NCBI GenBank assembly: GCA_018830005.1
Contig: JAHJTE010000002.1
Span: 331,809-395,808 of the forward strand
Direction of reading: 5' to 3'
DNA: 64,000 nucleotides
Source: Candidatus Omnitrophota bacterium
GTDB taxonomy: Bacteria > Omnitrophota > Gorgyraeia > JAHJTE01
Part shown: positions 49,516 to 60,213 of the stretch, in pieces
How positions within the stretch are numbered: the first letter of the stretch is position 1
How the letters are laid out: every line of letters begins with the position of its first letter
The notes under the pieces: generated by a model
Databases searched by the model: none
What the model saw: the letters and a program-made list of their open reading frames with translations, nothing else
Told to the model about the DNA's origin: nothing
Translations under genes and position numbers: made by a program

Positions 49516-51699
49516 TTATATAAGAGAAGGCATGTTTAATGCAGGGTGATTTTTCTCTTTTAAATACTTCACTAGATCCTCTGCTGTAACAGCAATAGTC
49601 TCATCTGCAATCTTTTCAAAGAAATCTGGCTCATTGATCTCTTTACTTCGCTGTTTTAAGCGGCTCATTAGAGCCTCTTTCAATTCCTTAGGCATCCAGA
49701 CTAAGCGCTTCAAGCCGCCATCAGCTGATATGAATTTCTTACTGGCAACATAAAGTTTACCCACTCCCAGAAACCCCGGAGTCTGTAATCCGCCACCAAC
49801 AGAACTGGCCAAAGTAGTAAATGTCATGCCAACCGGAGTCATGCCTGTGTGATCACGATGCACTACCATAACGCCATTGGCCTCTGGAATAACAGCAAGT
49901 ATGCACTCAAAACAGCCACAGGAAGTCTGAGGATTGTCCATAATTGAATACATGCTAACTATGGGAATACTCTTATTGGATTTCTCGTATACAAATTTAT
50001 TGGTATTTTCCCATTGTCCTAACTTCGTATCTATAGGCTTGCCCTTTGTCACCGGCTGGTTAGGACCTGTGGGAGTAATTTCATAAGATGCCTTTCCGTC
50101 TAACCAAGAATAAGCACCACAAAGGCCAAGACGCTCAGGAGTGATAATGCAGACATGATTAGGGGCAAAGGACTGACATAAAAGACAAGAAAAGAAGGTA
50201 TCCACTGATTCATCTGTCATGCCCATAATTCTCTCATCCCGTTCCTGAAAGGACTGGTTTGCCTTAACCAATAACTTCTCCACATCCTCTTGTTTCGTGT
50301 AAAGAGTTACCTGGACTTTATCTACAATTGCACTATATTCTTGGTGCAGCATTGCATGAATCAGAAGCCCTATGTGTTTTAAGCGAAATCCTTTATCAAA
50401 CGCATCTTTACTAATTCTAATCCAACACATATCTCTCTGACCAATATGCATTACGCCCATTGCACCATTGACATAACGATGAATCTGGCGTTCCATTATT
50501 GGCTCAAAATCCTTCTGCATCTTACGACCATAGACATTAACTACAATACCTAAAGGCATTGATTTTTTAACGCTATCTTCGATGGAATCCAAGTCCTGGC
50601 CGACTAATTCTACCTTAGCATCTTCAACTTCCTCTGTATCTTTAGTTTCTAAAAATTCTAAAGCTGTAGATGCCTTACCGCCAAATTCTACTGCCAAGTT
50701 CTCTTTCCTTACCCTTTCTCCTTCAAATGCAGCAGCGTAGGGAACCGGAATCGGAACCTTGCTTACCTTTACCTTTACCCCGCGCACATCAACACAGCGA
50801 GAGACTATTTTTTTATAATCAAATTCTTTTACTAATGCCTCGTAAATAGTTACTCCGCTTGGTTTAATCTCCGGAATATCTGTATCCGCAATCACGGGAA
50901 ATCCCATTGCGATTGCGCCAGCACCAGTGGCATACTTGATATCATCCAAAGGCCCTAAAGCAAGTCCAAATGCAAACACCCTATTCTTTGTATATAAAAG
51001 GCATTTTTGCACCTGACCCGGCTTTATGCCGCCAAAGGTAATTGCTGATCTTATTGCCCAATTAAGAGGATAGATTGCTGATTGGGTATCTCTACCATAA
51101 GGCACGATATAAGTATCCCAGCCCATCTCTACTTTTTCTTCTTTAAGCTGGTCAACAATAGAACGGCCGTTGCTTGAGCAACCCACAAAGGTAAGTATAT
51201 TTCTCTTCTGCAACTCTCTGACAATATCTACAGCGATTTTATTATCAGGCGCAGCGCCTAAGATAGCAGCAAATCCTGGCATACGGCCATCAACTAATTG
51301 TATGCCTAAAGAGCGCATTGCTGTATCAGAAAAGAATCCATTACAATCAACCTGGGGTTCCTCCTCTTTTAGATATCTTAAGGCCATGATGATTTCTTCT
51401 GCTAGGAGTGCTGCTATTCCAGCATCAAGCGTTACTCCTAAATAGGGCAACCAGAGCTTTTCACTCGGCACCTCTGGCAATAAAGACTTTGCGTGTTTTA
51501 ATATTTTAGTTACATCAGCGAGTGTCTTTGTCTCATAGGCAAATAAGGCATAAGAAAATGGAAGATAGAATGCTGTCTCAGGATACGCTATTTTTGTTTC
51601 AGGGCCTTTTTCTTTTAAGGCTTGTTCAAAAAGGCTTGCAGCCTCATTTACTAAACTGTGTGCACCCCTTATCGCACTCGTTGCAACAATCTTTGACAT
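49516..51699 (-). CDS. acsB: CO-methylating acetyl-CoA synthase (ACS) catalytic subunit, AcsB/CdhC family
   Basis: 727 aa; A-cluster motif SCGCFEC (Cys-Gly-Cys Ni-binding) plus upstream Cys ligands. Confidence 0.85.
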   Translation of the reverse strand: MSKIVATSAIRGAHSLVNEAASLFEQALKEKGPETKIAYPETAFYLPFSYALFAYETKTLADVTKILKHAKSLLPEVPSEKLWLPYLGVTLDAGIAALLAEEIIMALRYLKEEEPQVDCNGFFSDTAMRSLGIQLVDGRMPGFAAILGAAPDNKIAVDIVRELQKRNILTFVGCSSNGRSIVDQLKEEKVEMGWDTYIVPYGRDTQSAIYPLNWAIRSAITFGGIKPGQVQKCLLYTKNRVFAFGLALGPLDDIKYATGAGAIAMGFPVIADTDIPEIKPSGVTIYEALVKEFDYKKIVSRCVDVRGVKVKVSKVPIPVPYAAAFEGERVRKENLAVEFGGKASTALEFLETKDTEEVEDAKVELVGQDLDSIEDSVKKSMPLGIVVNVYGRKMQKDFEPIMERQIHRYVNGAMGVMHIGQRDMCWIRISKDAFDKGFRLKHIGLLIHAMLHQEYSAIVDKVQVTLYTKQEDVEKLLVKANQSFQERDERIMGMTDESVDTFFSCLLCQSFAPNHVCIITPERLGLCGAYSWLDGKASYEITPTGPNQPVTKGKPIDTKLGQWENTNKFVYEKSNKSIPIVSMYSIMDNPQTSCGCFECILAVIPEANGVMVVHRDHTGMTPVGMTFTTLASSVGGGLQTPGFLGVGKLYVASKKFISADGGLKRLVWMPKELKEALMSRLKQRSKEINEPDFFEKIADETIAVTAEDLVKYLKEKNHPALNMPSLI

Positions 51700-51739
51700 A
51701 TCAGGCCTCCAACGAATTAGTCAATTTATCGATTTTTTA

Positions 51740-52999
51740 TTATTTCTTCAAGTAGACTTCATCCCTACCAAATAAATCAATCACCTTAGCATAGCTGAAA
51801 GAATCAGCCAATAACTGCGTCTTTATAGACGAGATATCTGTTCTTTCCCTTATTAATCTTAAGAATATTCCGCTATTTTCTATTTTACCTACACCGATAA
51901 ACCCTTTCAGGATATTGTCCTTTATGATAAATTTCTTATAGATTGAATTCTTTTTATCACTAAATCTTAAAGTTTCGCAATCCTCTTCTTCTTTTTTCAG
52001 GCCAATAGAGATAACCGGCAGAGCAAAAAAGTCAACAGAATTCATGGCGACGGAACCTGAATAAGCGCATTTTTCTCCTCTAATATTAGAGCCGGCAATT
52101 CTTCCTTGTTCAACAGCATTTGGCCAGAGGGCATTTATGTAAGATGCGCCTCTTGCAACGTCAAAGGTCTCAGCCACATCACCAGCAGCAAAAACTCCCT
52201 CAACGTTAGTTTGCAAGTATTCATTTGTCAATATTCCAAAATTCGTATTAATTCCTGATTGCTTAACCAGTTCTATATTCGGACTAACGCCTTTTCCAAC
52301 AATTACTATGGCAGATTCAATAATCTTGCCGGATGAAAGTTTTACTGCCCTTACCTGGCCATTACCGATAATTTCCACTGCCTCCTCGCCTGTTAAAATC
52401 TCTATACCCTGATTCTCTAAATGCGCACCAACAATAGATGCAGCTTCCTCATCCAGGACCTGTGACATAACTTGTTTTGATTTAATAAGCACCTTTACAC
52501 TCAGTCCTCTCCTCTTTAGTGCATAAGCAGCCTTTAGACCAATAAGACCGCCTCCTAAAATGCAAGCAGCCTTTGCATAGACAGCTATAGATATTATATC
52601 CTTGGCATCGTTAAGCGTGCGAAAACCTGAAACCCCTTCTCTTTTAATACCTTTTGTCTCCGGTAGCTTAGACCTTGCTCCAGTTGCAATTAAGGCAATA
52701 TCAAAATCAAGTTTTGAATTATCTAATAAGGTTAAACGTCGCTTCTTAGGATCAAGTTTTATAACCTTTTTACCCAATGCTAAATCAACTGAATTCTCCT
52801 TATAAAAATCTTCTGGCCGAAGCCTCAGCTTGGCCTGGAGGACCTCACCTGAAACAAAAGAAGTAATGAGGCAACGACAATATGCCGGATATTCTTCATC
52901 GGAAATTAGCGTTATCTTCGAATCCTTGTCACGGCTTCTTATAGCCTCAACGCAAGAGACAGCTGCAGCAGAATTTCCAATAATACAGATATGCTTCAT
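51740..52999 (-). CDS. FAD-dependent pyridine-nucleotide-disulfide-family oxidoreductase (CooS-associated FNOR-like)
   Basis: ICIIGNSAAAVS and ACILGGGLIGLKAA dinucleotide-binding motifs. Confidence 0.65.
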   Translation of the reverse strand: MKHICIIGNSAAAVSCVEAIRSRDKDSKITLISDEEYPAYCRCLITSFVSGEVLQAKLRLRPEDFYKENSVDLALGKKVIKLDPKKRRLTLLDNSKLDFDIALIATGARSKLPETKGIKREGVSGFRTLNDAKDIISIAVYAKAACILGGGLIGLKAAYALKRRGLSVKVLIKSKQVMSQVLDEEAASIVGAHLENQGIEILTGEEAVEIIGNGQVRAVKLSSGKIIESAIVIVGKGVSPNIELVKQSGINTNFGILTNEYLQTNVEGVFAAGDVAETFDVARGASYINALWPNAVEQGRIAGSNIRGEKCAYSGSVAMNSVDFFALPVISIGLKKEEEDCETLRFSDKKNSIYKKFIIKDNILKGFIGVGKIENSGIFLRLIRERTDISSIKTQLLADSFSYAKVIDLFGRDEVYLKK

Positions 53000-53448
53000 T
53001 TTACGCCCTCTTCCTCTTCGTAACTAATCGCCTTTGTAGGACAATTCTTTGCACATTGGGGCTGGCCAATCTCAACACAATGATCACAGCGAGTAGGGAT
53101 TTTAACGCGTTTATCAGGTCTTATCGCACCATAAGGACAGACCATAATACACATCCAACAGCCAACGCATTTGTCTTTATCGTGAATTACCTCTTTTTTC
53201 TCAAGATCATAAGTCAAGGCACGCGCTATGCAGGCGTCAACACATTTAGGATCATCACAATGCCTACAGGCAACAGGAAAATTTTTACCTTTATCTTGAA
53301 AGACCTTTACCTTAGGCAGGTGTATCTTTTTCTCACTTATTGCCTCAAAGATATCTTTGCTCAAGGAATGACCCACAAAACAGACAAGTTCACAAGTCCT
53401 GCAGGCCACACATTTAGTCACATCATAATGTAGTCTTTTCTTTTTCAT
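52996..53448 (-). CDS. cooF: CooF-type 4Fe-4S ferredoxin (CODH electron-transfer subunit)
   Basis: 150 aa with several CxxCxxCxxxCP motifs (CVACRTCELVC, CVGCWMCIMVCP, CDHC). Confidence 0.75.
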   Translation of the reverse strand: MKKKRLHYDVTKCVACRTCELVCFVGHSLSKDIFEAISEKKIHLPKVKVFQDKGKNFPVACRHCDDPKCVDACIARALTYDLEKKEVIHDKDKCVGCWMCIMVCPYGAIRPDKRVKIPTRCDHCVEIGQPQCAKNCPTKAISYEEEEGVK

Positions 53449-53454
53449 TGTCCT

Positions 53455-55383
53455 TTACCTACCTACCTCTACCTTGGATTCATACATCATTGGCTTTAGA
53501 CTGAGTGCCTTTCTTTTAGAATCTATGTGTTCAATCATAATCTTGGCCATTTTCAAAGGGTCTTTATCAAAGGCCCATTTCCCGCCTGTAATCTTCTCCA
53601 CGTCTTCAAAAACGTATTTAGTCATATTATCGCTGCCATAAACAGGCAAAGGTTCACCCAGCACAACCAAAAGTCCAGAAGCAACAAAATACCAACCAAT
53701 GGCGATTGCCTTCTCGCTCATCCATTCTGGAGCAGCGCCTGCCACAGGAAGCTCATCTAGGCTCCTACCAATGCCGCCTTCTTTTACCATCTCACAACAG
53801 GCAGTAAGTATTCTAGAATTATCCACACAAGAACCCAAATGCAGAACCGGCGGACAACCTACTGCCTCACATACCTCTTTTAAACCTTTGCCAGCATAAT
53901 CAAAAGCAGCCTCAGGAGTCAACAGGCCTGCTCGACCGCAGGAAAGCGCAGAACAGCCCGTTTGAACCACCAATACATCATTTTTTATCAATTCTTTAAC
54001 CAATGTAACGTGGCTTGCGCTACTTGCCATTTTCGGATTATCGCATCCCACAACACCAGCAACACCTCTAATGCGTCCGTTAATAATTGCCTCGTTCAAC
54101 GGCTTGTAGCTTGGCCTATATCTTCCGCCTAACATATCAAACACATATTCAGTAGTAAAACCAGGTATTAGGTCTTTTCCTTCTCCCTTAGGAATACAAA
54201 CCTTTTCCTTATTACGATTCGGAAAATTCTCAATTGCCATACGAACTATTGCTTTGGCAATAGGCAGGGCCTCTTCTTCATGGAATTCTACATGATTCAT
54301 GCCTGGAAAGCGTGCCTTTTCAGAAGTTGATACTATTTTTGTATGAAAGCAATTCCCTAACTCAGATAACGAAGGCATAATACATTGTAAATCAACAAGC
54401 ATCAAATCTACAGCGCCAGTCATAATTGCCAACTCCTGCTGCAAAAAATCCCCTGCTACTGGATATCCACGACGAACAAGAATCTCATTGGCAGTACAGC
54501 AAATACCAGCAAGGTTTATTCCCAAGGCACCATGCTCTTTAGCCAGAGAAATAAGCTCTGGATCACTTGAGGCATCACAAATAACCTCTGATAAAAGCGG
54601 AACATGCCCATGCACTATTAAGTTTACCTGATCCTCTTTTAGAACTGACAAATTCGCCTTTGCTCTTTTAGGAGAAGGTTTGCCAAATAATATATCAGTT
54701 AATTCTGTAGCAATCATTGAACCGCCCCAGCCATCAGCTAAAGCTACACGCATACCATGCTGCATTAAATTATTATAATCATTGTCTACTCCAATATGAG
54801 TGCGACTCAAGGCCTCAACTGGCTCTCTGTCAATGCCGCGCGGCATAAGAGAATATTTTCTCCAGATCTTTTTCTGTTTCTCAGGAGCACGCTGTATAAG
54901 GGCAAGCTCTCCTTCCTGCTGACCAAATTCAGCAAACATTTTTTCCGCCAGCTCTTTTGCAATTGTCTCTACTGTCCGGCCATCAACATTTACCTTATAT
55001 TCTTTTGCAACTGCTTTAAGTTTTTCTTCATCCCTAACCTTATAGAATTTAGTTTTACCAACAGCAGTTAAATGTAAAGTCTTGACTATTTCGCGACCAT
55101 GATCACTATGACAAGAAGCCCCAGCAGCAATATGGCGTACCAAATTCCTTGCCGAAATTGTATCTGCATCTGCACCGCAGACACCACGAGTAGCACCTTC
55201 CCCAAAAGGATCAATGCGACAAGGACCCAGGTTGCAATTCTTGCAACACAGGCCCAACGTGCCAAAACCACAATGTGGCTGTTGTTTTTCCTCGCGCTCC
55301 CAAATTGTCTGAATGCCTTCTTGTTGGCTGCGTTCGTATAATTGATTCTGTATTGGGTCTTTTTTTAAATCTTCACGACTCAT
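53455..55383 (-). CDS. cooS: Anaerobic Ni-dependent carbon-monoxide dehydrogenase catalytic subunit
   Basis: HCGFGTLGLCCKNCNLGPCRI N-terminal B/D-cluster motifs; 642 aa; hybrid-cluster/CODH fold. Confidence 0.9.
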   Translation of the reverse strand: MSREDLKKDPIQNQLYERSQQEGIQTIWEREEKQQPHCGFGTLGLCCKNCNLGPCRIDPFGEGATRGVCGADADTISARNLVRHIAAGASCHSDHGREIVKTLHLTAVGKTKFYKVRDEEKLKAVAKEYKVNVDGRTVETIAKELAEKMFAEFGQQEGELALIQRAPEKQKKIWRKYSLMPRGIDREPVEALSRTHIGVDNDYNNLMQHGMRVALADGWGGSMIATELTDILFGKPSPKRAKANLSVLKEDQVNLIVHGHVPLLSEVICDASSDPELISLAKEHGALGINLAGICCTANEILVRRGYPVAGDFLQQELAIMTGAVDLMLVDLQCIMPSLSELGNCFHTKIVSTSEKARFPGMNHVEFHEEEALPIAKAIVRMAIENFPNRNKEKVCIPKGEGKDLIPGFTTEYVFDMLGGRYRPSYKPLNEAIINGRIRGVAGVVGCDNPKMASSASHVTLVKELIKNDVLVVQTGCSALSCGRAGLLTPEAAFDYAGKGLKEVCEAVGCPPVLHLGSCVDNSRILTACCEMVKEGGIGRSLDELPVAGAAPEWMSEKAIAIGWYFVASGLLVVLGEPLPVYGSDNMTKYVFEDVEKITGGKWAFDKDPLKMAKIMIEHIDSKRKALSLKPMMYESKVEVGR

Positions 55384-55424
55384 ATTTAGCCTCCGTAAAA
55401 TTAAATCAGCGCCATCCCAAGCTA

Positions 55425-56183
55425 TTAATTGCTTAACGTATACAATTTATTAAAAATTTCGTCAAATTCAACCTTCAGGTTATCATCAAACTTAAATACT
55501 CCCCGATTAGCCTGTAAAGATTCACTTAAGTGTATAAAACCCAAAAACTCATTTCCTAAATTTTTGAGTAGGAAATCTCTATCCTGTTCACTCTCTATTT
55601 TGTTACCGACAAAAAAACTCATTCTTATGCCTAATTCTTTTACTAAACTCTTAATGCGGCCTGCGGTAACCACGCCTAGCTGGGTTGGTTCGACTACAAT
55701 TAAGGCCACGTCTACATTAGCTGCTGTTGCCCGGCCTAAATGTTCACTGCCAGCCACCATATCCAGAATAACGACTTCATTCTTTCTTAATACCAGGTGT
55801 GAAATTAGCCTTTTAATAAATGTGTTTTCCGGACACATGCAGCCGCTGCCAGCCTTGGAAACCTTACCCATAACAATGAGCTTTATGCCATTATGGATTT
55901 TGCAAAATTTATCCGGTATATCATCTACTTTGGGATTTATCTTAAAAAAAGTGGAGGGCGTATCAAGAGACTCGACCTCAGTACGTTCTGCAATAAGCTG
56001 CTTCATTTCAGAGATAGGGACGATCTCTTCCTCGAGGGGAAAACCTAAGCAAATAGAAAAATTTGCATCAGGGTCACAATCCACAATAATGACCTGCTTG
56101 CCTTGCTCTTTAAATTCTAAAGCAAGAGCACTTGCTAGGGTTGTTTTACCGGCTCCTCCTTTACCGGTTACGGCAATCTTCAT
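55425..56183 (-). CDS. cooC: CODH nickel-insertion accessory ATPase (MinD/ParA family)
   Basis: VTGKGGAGKTT deviant Walker A and CxC motif (GSGCMCPEN). Confidence 0.85.
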   Translation of the reverse strand: MKIAVTGKGGAGKTTLASALALEFKEQGKQVIIVDCDPDANFSICLGFPLEEEIVPISEMKQLIAERTEVESLDTPSTFFKINPKVDDIPDKFCKIHNGIKLIVMGKVSKAGSGCMCPENTFIKRLISHLVLRKNEVVILDMVAGSEHLGRATAANVDVALIVVEPTQLGVVTAGRIKSLVKELGIRMSFFVGNKIESEQDRDFLLKNLGNEFLGFIHLSESLQANRGVFKFDDNLKVEFDEIFNKLYTLSN

Positions 56184-56184
56184 G

Positions 56185-57054
56185 TTATAATCCTGCTGCC
56201 TCTAGAACAAGCGGCACTTTCTTATCCCATCCTATAGGCATAATATGAACACCATCACACATCGGCTTTAAAGCCTTTATCAGCCCTGCTGCAATATCAA
56301 TTGATGTAGCAACCTTATCAGTTGTATCCTGCATCTGGCTTATTAATTCTTGAGGCACATTAACACCAGCTACGTTTTTATTCATATACTTTGCCATACC
56401 AGCTGATTTTAAAAGTACGATTCCTACTAAGATTTTTGTCTTTAGATGCTTAATTTTTTTAATGAAATTCTCGAATATCTCCACATCATATACTGCCTGG
56501 GTTTGAAAGAATTCTGCTCCTGCTTCGATCTTTTTCTCCATCTTTATAATCTGCGGCTCTAAAGGGTCGGCGCCTGGATTTACTACAGCTCCGACGCAAA
56601 ACTTCCCAGATTCACCCTCTAAGGCATTGCCTGCCATATCCTTACCAGCCTCCAGACCCCTTATAACCTTAATCAATTGTACAGAATCCAAATCAAATAC
56701 TGGTTTTGCCTGAGGATGATCGCCCAAAGAAGGATGATCACCTGTTAAGGCCAAGACATTTTCAATGCCTAAACTCGCAGCAGATAAAATATCTGATTGT
56801 AAGGCAAGGCGATTCCTATCCCTACAGGTAAGCTGATAAATCGGCTCATATCCTTTTTCCTTCAAGAGCCGACAGACCGCCAGGGAGCCTAAGCGCATCA
56901 CTGAACTCTGCAGGTCTGTAACATTTATTGCATCAACGCGGCTGCGAATGAGTTCTGCATCCTCTAGGAGGGTTTCGGTGTGTATTCCTTTAGGCGGGCC
57001 AATCTCGCTGGTAATTAGAAATTTTTCCTGTTTGATTTTTTCTTTAAAACTCAT
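56185..57054 (-). CDS. metF: Methylenetetrahydrofolate reductase
   Basis: 289 aa MTHFR TIM-barrel (…SFEIGPPKG…TCRD…). Confidence 0.8.
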   Translation of the reverse strand: MSFKEKIKQEKFLITSEIGPPKGIHTETLLEDAELIRSRVDAINVTDLQSSVMRLGSLAVCRLLKEKGYEPIYQLTCRDRNRLALQSDILSAASLGIENVLALTGDHPSLGDHPQAKPVFDLDSVQLIKVIRGLEAGKDMAGNALEGESGKFCVGAVVNPGADPLEPQIIKMEKKIEAGAEFFQTQAVYDVEIFENFIKKIKHLKTKILVGIVLLKSAGMAKYMNKNVAGVNVPQELISQMQDTTDKVATSIDIAAGLIKALKPMCDGVHIMPIGWDKKVPLVLEAAGL

Positions 57055-57902
57055 TTTGAATTTAGGAACTTGTAGGCCTGAACTAGATTCTTCATCAACA
57101 TTGTAACTGTAAGCGGTCCGACTCCGCCGGGAACAGGGGTAATAAAAGAGGCTCTTTTGGCTGCATTTTCAAACTCAACATCTCCAACAAGCTTACCCTC
57201 AACTCTATTTATTCCTACATCAATAACAATTGCACCTTGTTTTATCCAGTCACCTGGGATTAGATTCGGCCTACCCACAGCAACGATTAAGATTTCTGCT
57301 TTTCTAACATGTTCCTCTAACTTGAGAGCCTTACTTGTAGCTATATGGCAAGTAGTAACAGTAGCAAATTCTTCCAAAAGAAGAAGACTTAAAGGTTTTC
57401 CTACTATCTCACTATGTCCAACTACTACAACCTCTTTACCATAAAGTTTAACCCCGGTCTCCTTCAACAATTGCATACAGGCAGCAGGCGTACAAGGTAG
57501 GATTTTGGCTTTACCAAACACAATCTTTCCCATATTGGCTGGATGCATGCCTTCAACATCCTTGTCTGGACTGATATATTGGCTAATCTTCTTATAATCA
57601 ATAGCAGCAGGTAAAGGCATCTGTATAATGATGCCATGGACAGCAGTATCGGAGTTGAATTTATATATAAATTCAATTAGTGCGCTCTCAGTTGTGTCCT
57701 GATTTAATTTATGATACCGATAATCTATTCCTAAATTCTCGGCTGTTTTCTTTTGGCTTTTGGCATAACTTTCAGAGCCGGCATTGTCTCCCACCTGCAC
57801 GCTGACTAGAACTGGCTTAGAAGAAAACTCTTCCACTTCCTTCTTTATCTCTTCTTTTATTCTAACGGCAATCGGTTTACCTTCTAACAATTTCGCGCAC
57901 AT
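57051..57902 (-). CDS. folD: Bifunctional methylene-THF dehydrogenase / methenyl-THF cyclohydrolase
   Basis: VVVGHSEIVGKPL and PGGVGP motifs. Confidence 0.9.
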   Translation of the reverse strand: MCAKLLEGKPIAVRIKEEIKKEVEEFSSKPVLVSVQVGDNAGSESYAKSQKKTAENLGIDYRYHKLNQDTTESALIEFIYKFNSDTAVHGIIIQMPLPAAIDYKKISQYISPDKDVEGMHPANMGKIVFGKAKILPCTPAACMQLLKETGVKLYGKEVVVVGHSEIVGKPLSLLLLEEFATVTTCHIATSKALKLEEHVRKAEILIVAVGRPNLIPGDWIKQGAIVIDVGINRVEGKLVGDVEFENAAKRASFITPVPGGVGPLTVTMLMKNLVQAYKFLNSK

Positions 57903-58437
57903 AAGTCACTACCTCATCTCTTATTGCTTTAAGCATATCTTCGTTTTTATCAAGCTCTTGTATTATATTTGCTTTTTTCTCATCTTCCAAGATATTTTTT
58001 AGATTTATCTCTACATTAATCCTAGCACAAGAAAAAGCAGCCATTAAACAATCAATTCCACATGCTACATCTGTTATTAGATTAGGATTGCCTTTCTTGG
58101 CAAGGTCAGGACATAGACAAGCTGCCTCAGATGCTAAGTGAGAGATCTCAAGCGGGACGCTTAAGGATTTCTGGATATCTTTGGACTTAAAGGCTGCTAC
58201 ATCTTCATCAATAAGTTCTTGAAAACGGCTGTTTAATTTCCGGGACTCCTCCAAGATCTTACTTACGTCATTCTCTACTGATTTGTGCTTTTCTTTTCCG
58301 ACAGTGAAATTACAAACCATGTTTATGAGGCTTGTTCCCAGACAAGCCAAAACAGCAGCTGCTGAACCTCCACCAGGTGCAGGTAACTTATCTGATAAAT
58401 CGTCGAGATATTTTTTCAATGAGTCGTTAATGTACAT
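57877..58437 (-). CDS. fchA: Methenyltetrahydrofolate cyclohydrolase (formiminotransferase-cyclodeaminase family)
   Basis: 186 aa alpha-helical protein with PAPGGGSAAA. It sits between fhs and folD as in acetogen clusters. Confidence 0.7.
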   Translation of the reverse strand: MYINDSLKKYLDDLSDKLPAPGGGSAAAVLACLGTSLINMVCNFTVGKEKHKSVENDVSKILEESRKLNSRFQELIDEDVAAFKSKDIQKSLSVPLEISHLASEAACLCPDLAKKGNPNLITDVACGIDCLMAAFSCARINVEINLKNILEDEKKANIIQELDKNEDMLKAIRDEVVTYVREIVRR

Positions 58438-58464
58438 ACTAACTCCGGTTTAAGCTATTATTAT

Positions 58465-60156
58465 TTAAAATAATCCGACAATCCTGCCTTCACTGTCAAT
58501 ATCCACATTCTCGCCAGCAGGGTTTGTAGGCAGCCCGGGCATAGTGCGCATCGTGCCACAGAGAGGATACAGGAATCCTGCACCTACTGAAGCGTTGATA
58601 TCGCGAATCGGTAATATAAAATCCTTTGGCGCTCCTTTTAATTTAGGGTCATGCGATAAGGACAGATGGGTCTTTGCCATACAAATCGGCAGTTTATCAA
58701 ACCCGAGCTTTGAAAACTCTGCAATCTTCTTTTGGGCCAAATCAGAATACTCCACATCTTTAGCACCATAAATTTTAGTCGCAATTGTTTTTATCTTGTC
58801 CTTAATTGGGATATCTAAAGCGTACAGGAACTTAAAATTCTTTTTAACTTTAGAGGCTGCGATAACTGACCTTGCTAACATCTCGCCGCCCTTGCCACCT
58901 TTTTCCCAAACCTCGCTTGCCACAGCATCCTCTGCTCCGGCCTTTAATGCCAAATCTCTCACCAAGTTAACTTCAGAATTTGTATCAGCACTAAATTTAT
59001 TAATCGCTACAACAACCGGGACTCCGAATAACTTCATATTCTCGATTTGTCTTAGGAGATTGCAGCTACCCAGCTTTACTGCCTCTAGATTCTCTTCTAA
59101 AAGAGCCTTATCCAAAGGCCTTCCGGCAATAACTTCAAATTTTCCCGAATGCATCTTGAGTGCCCTAATAGAGGAAACAATTACTACGCAATCCGGGCTA
59201 AGTCCGCTATAGCGGCACTTGATATTCATAAACTTCTCTGCGCCGCAATCTGCACCAAATCCTGCCTCAGTAACCACATAATCAGCTAATTTAAGGGCAA
59301 TCTTATCAGCTATAATTGAACTGTTACCATGAGCAATATTGGCAAAAGGCCCGGCATGAACAAAGCAAGGCGTATTCTCTAATGTCTGGATAAGGGTCGG
59401 TTTTATGGCATCCTTCAGCAACACAGCCATTGCTCCGGCAACCTTTATATCCTCGCATGTTACAGGCCTGCCGTCTTTTGTCCTTGCTAAAACAATCCTG
59501 CCAAGTCTTTTCCTTAAATCAGAGAGGCTATCTGTCAAGGCAAGAATAGCCATTACCTCTGAGGCAACCGTAATATCAAAACCTGAATCACGCGGGATGC
59601 CATCCTGAGAGGTCCCTAGGCCTATTTTTACATTTCGCAGGAATCTATCGCTTACATCAACAACGCGGCGCCAGCTGATTGTTGTAGGATCTATATCGAT
59701 CTTTTTCTTAAAATGCGCATTGTCTAAAAATGCGGCAGCCAAATTATGAGCAAGCCCAATCGCATGTACGTCTCCGGTAAAATGAAGATTAAAATCCTCC
59801 ATTGGTATTACTTGAGAATATCCGCCGCCTGCAGCGCCTCCTTTTATACCGAATACAGGCCCTAGGGAAGGTTGTCGAATACAAGCTAGTGTATTACCTA
59901 CTATCCGATTCAAACCCATAGAAAGCCCAATAGTAGTAACGGTCTTGCCTTCTCCCAAAGGCGTTGGGGTGATTGCCGTGACAAGGATATACTTAGCGCT
60001 AGGCCTGTTTTTTATCCTGTCTAAAATAGAAAGCGAAACCTTAGCTTTATGCTCGCCGTATAATTCTAATTCAGAAGTGCGAATCCCTGCTCTTGAGGCG
60101 ATTTTTTTAATCGGTTTAATCTTTGCAGCTTGAGCAATTCCTAAATCAGGCAACAT
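58465..60156 (-). CDS. fhs: Formate--tetrahydrofolate ligase
   Basis: [17 protein letters not shown]-loop; 563 aa. Confidence 0.9.
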   Translation of the reverse strand: MLPDLGIAQAAKIKPIKKIASRAGIRTSELELYGEHKAKVSLSILDRIKNRPSAKYILVTAITPTPLGEGKTVTTIGLSMGLNRIVGNTLACIRQPSLGPVFGIKGGAAGGGYSQVIPMEDFNLHFTGDVHAIGLAHNLAAAFLDNAHFKKKIDIDPTTISWRRVVDVSDRFLRNVKIGLGTSQDGIPRDSGFDITVASEVMAILALTDSLSDLRKRLGRIVLARTKDGRPVTCEDIKVAGAMAVLLKDAIKPTLIQTLENTPCFVHAGPFANIAHGNSSIIADKIALKLADYVVTEAGFGADCGAEKFMNIKCRYSGLSPDCVVIVSSIRALKMHSGKFEVIAGRPLDKALLEENLEAVKLGSCNLLRQIENMKLFGVPVVVAINKFSADTNSEVNLVRDLALKAGAEDAVASEVWEKGGKGGEMLARSVIAASKVKKNFKFLYALDIPIKDKIKTIATKIYGAKDVEYSDLAQKKIAEFSKLGFDKLPICMAKTHLSLSHDPKLKGAPKDFILPIRDINASVGAGFLYPLCGTMRTMPGLPTNPAGENVDIDSEGRIVGLF

Positions 60157-60168
60157 ATTTTTTTCTTG

Positions 60169-60176
60169 ACCTCCTT
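60169..60176 (-). promoter_or_regulatory. Shine-Dalgarno (AAGGAGGT) for fhs
   Basis: The plus-strand acctcctt at 60169-60176 is AAGGAGGT on the minus strand, 12 nt upstream of the fhs ATG (60156). Confidence 0.5.
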
Positions 60177-60213
60177 ATTAGAAAACACCTGCTGCAATCA
60201 AGCGACTATTCTC

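Noticed and set aside
55086-55271. 61-aa minus-strand ORF nested in cooS in another frame
   Set aside because: It lies entirely within the cooS coding region. It is a hydrophobic low-complexity translation, and there is no room or evidence for an overlapping gene.
55429-56190. 253-aa plus-strand ORF exactly antisense to cooC
   Set aside because: The minus-strand product has clear MinD/CooC P-loop and CxC motifs. The plus-strand translation is low-complexity (S/L/P-rich) with no recognisable motifs. It is a typical shadow ORF.
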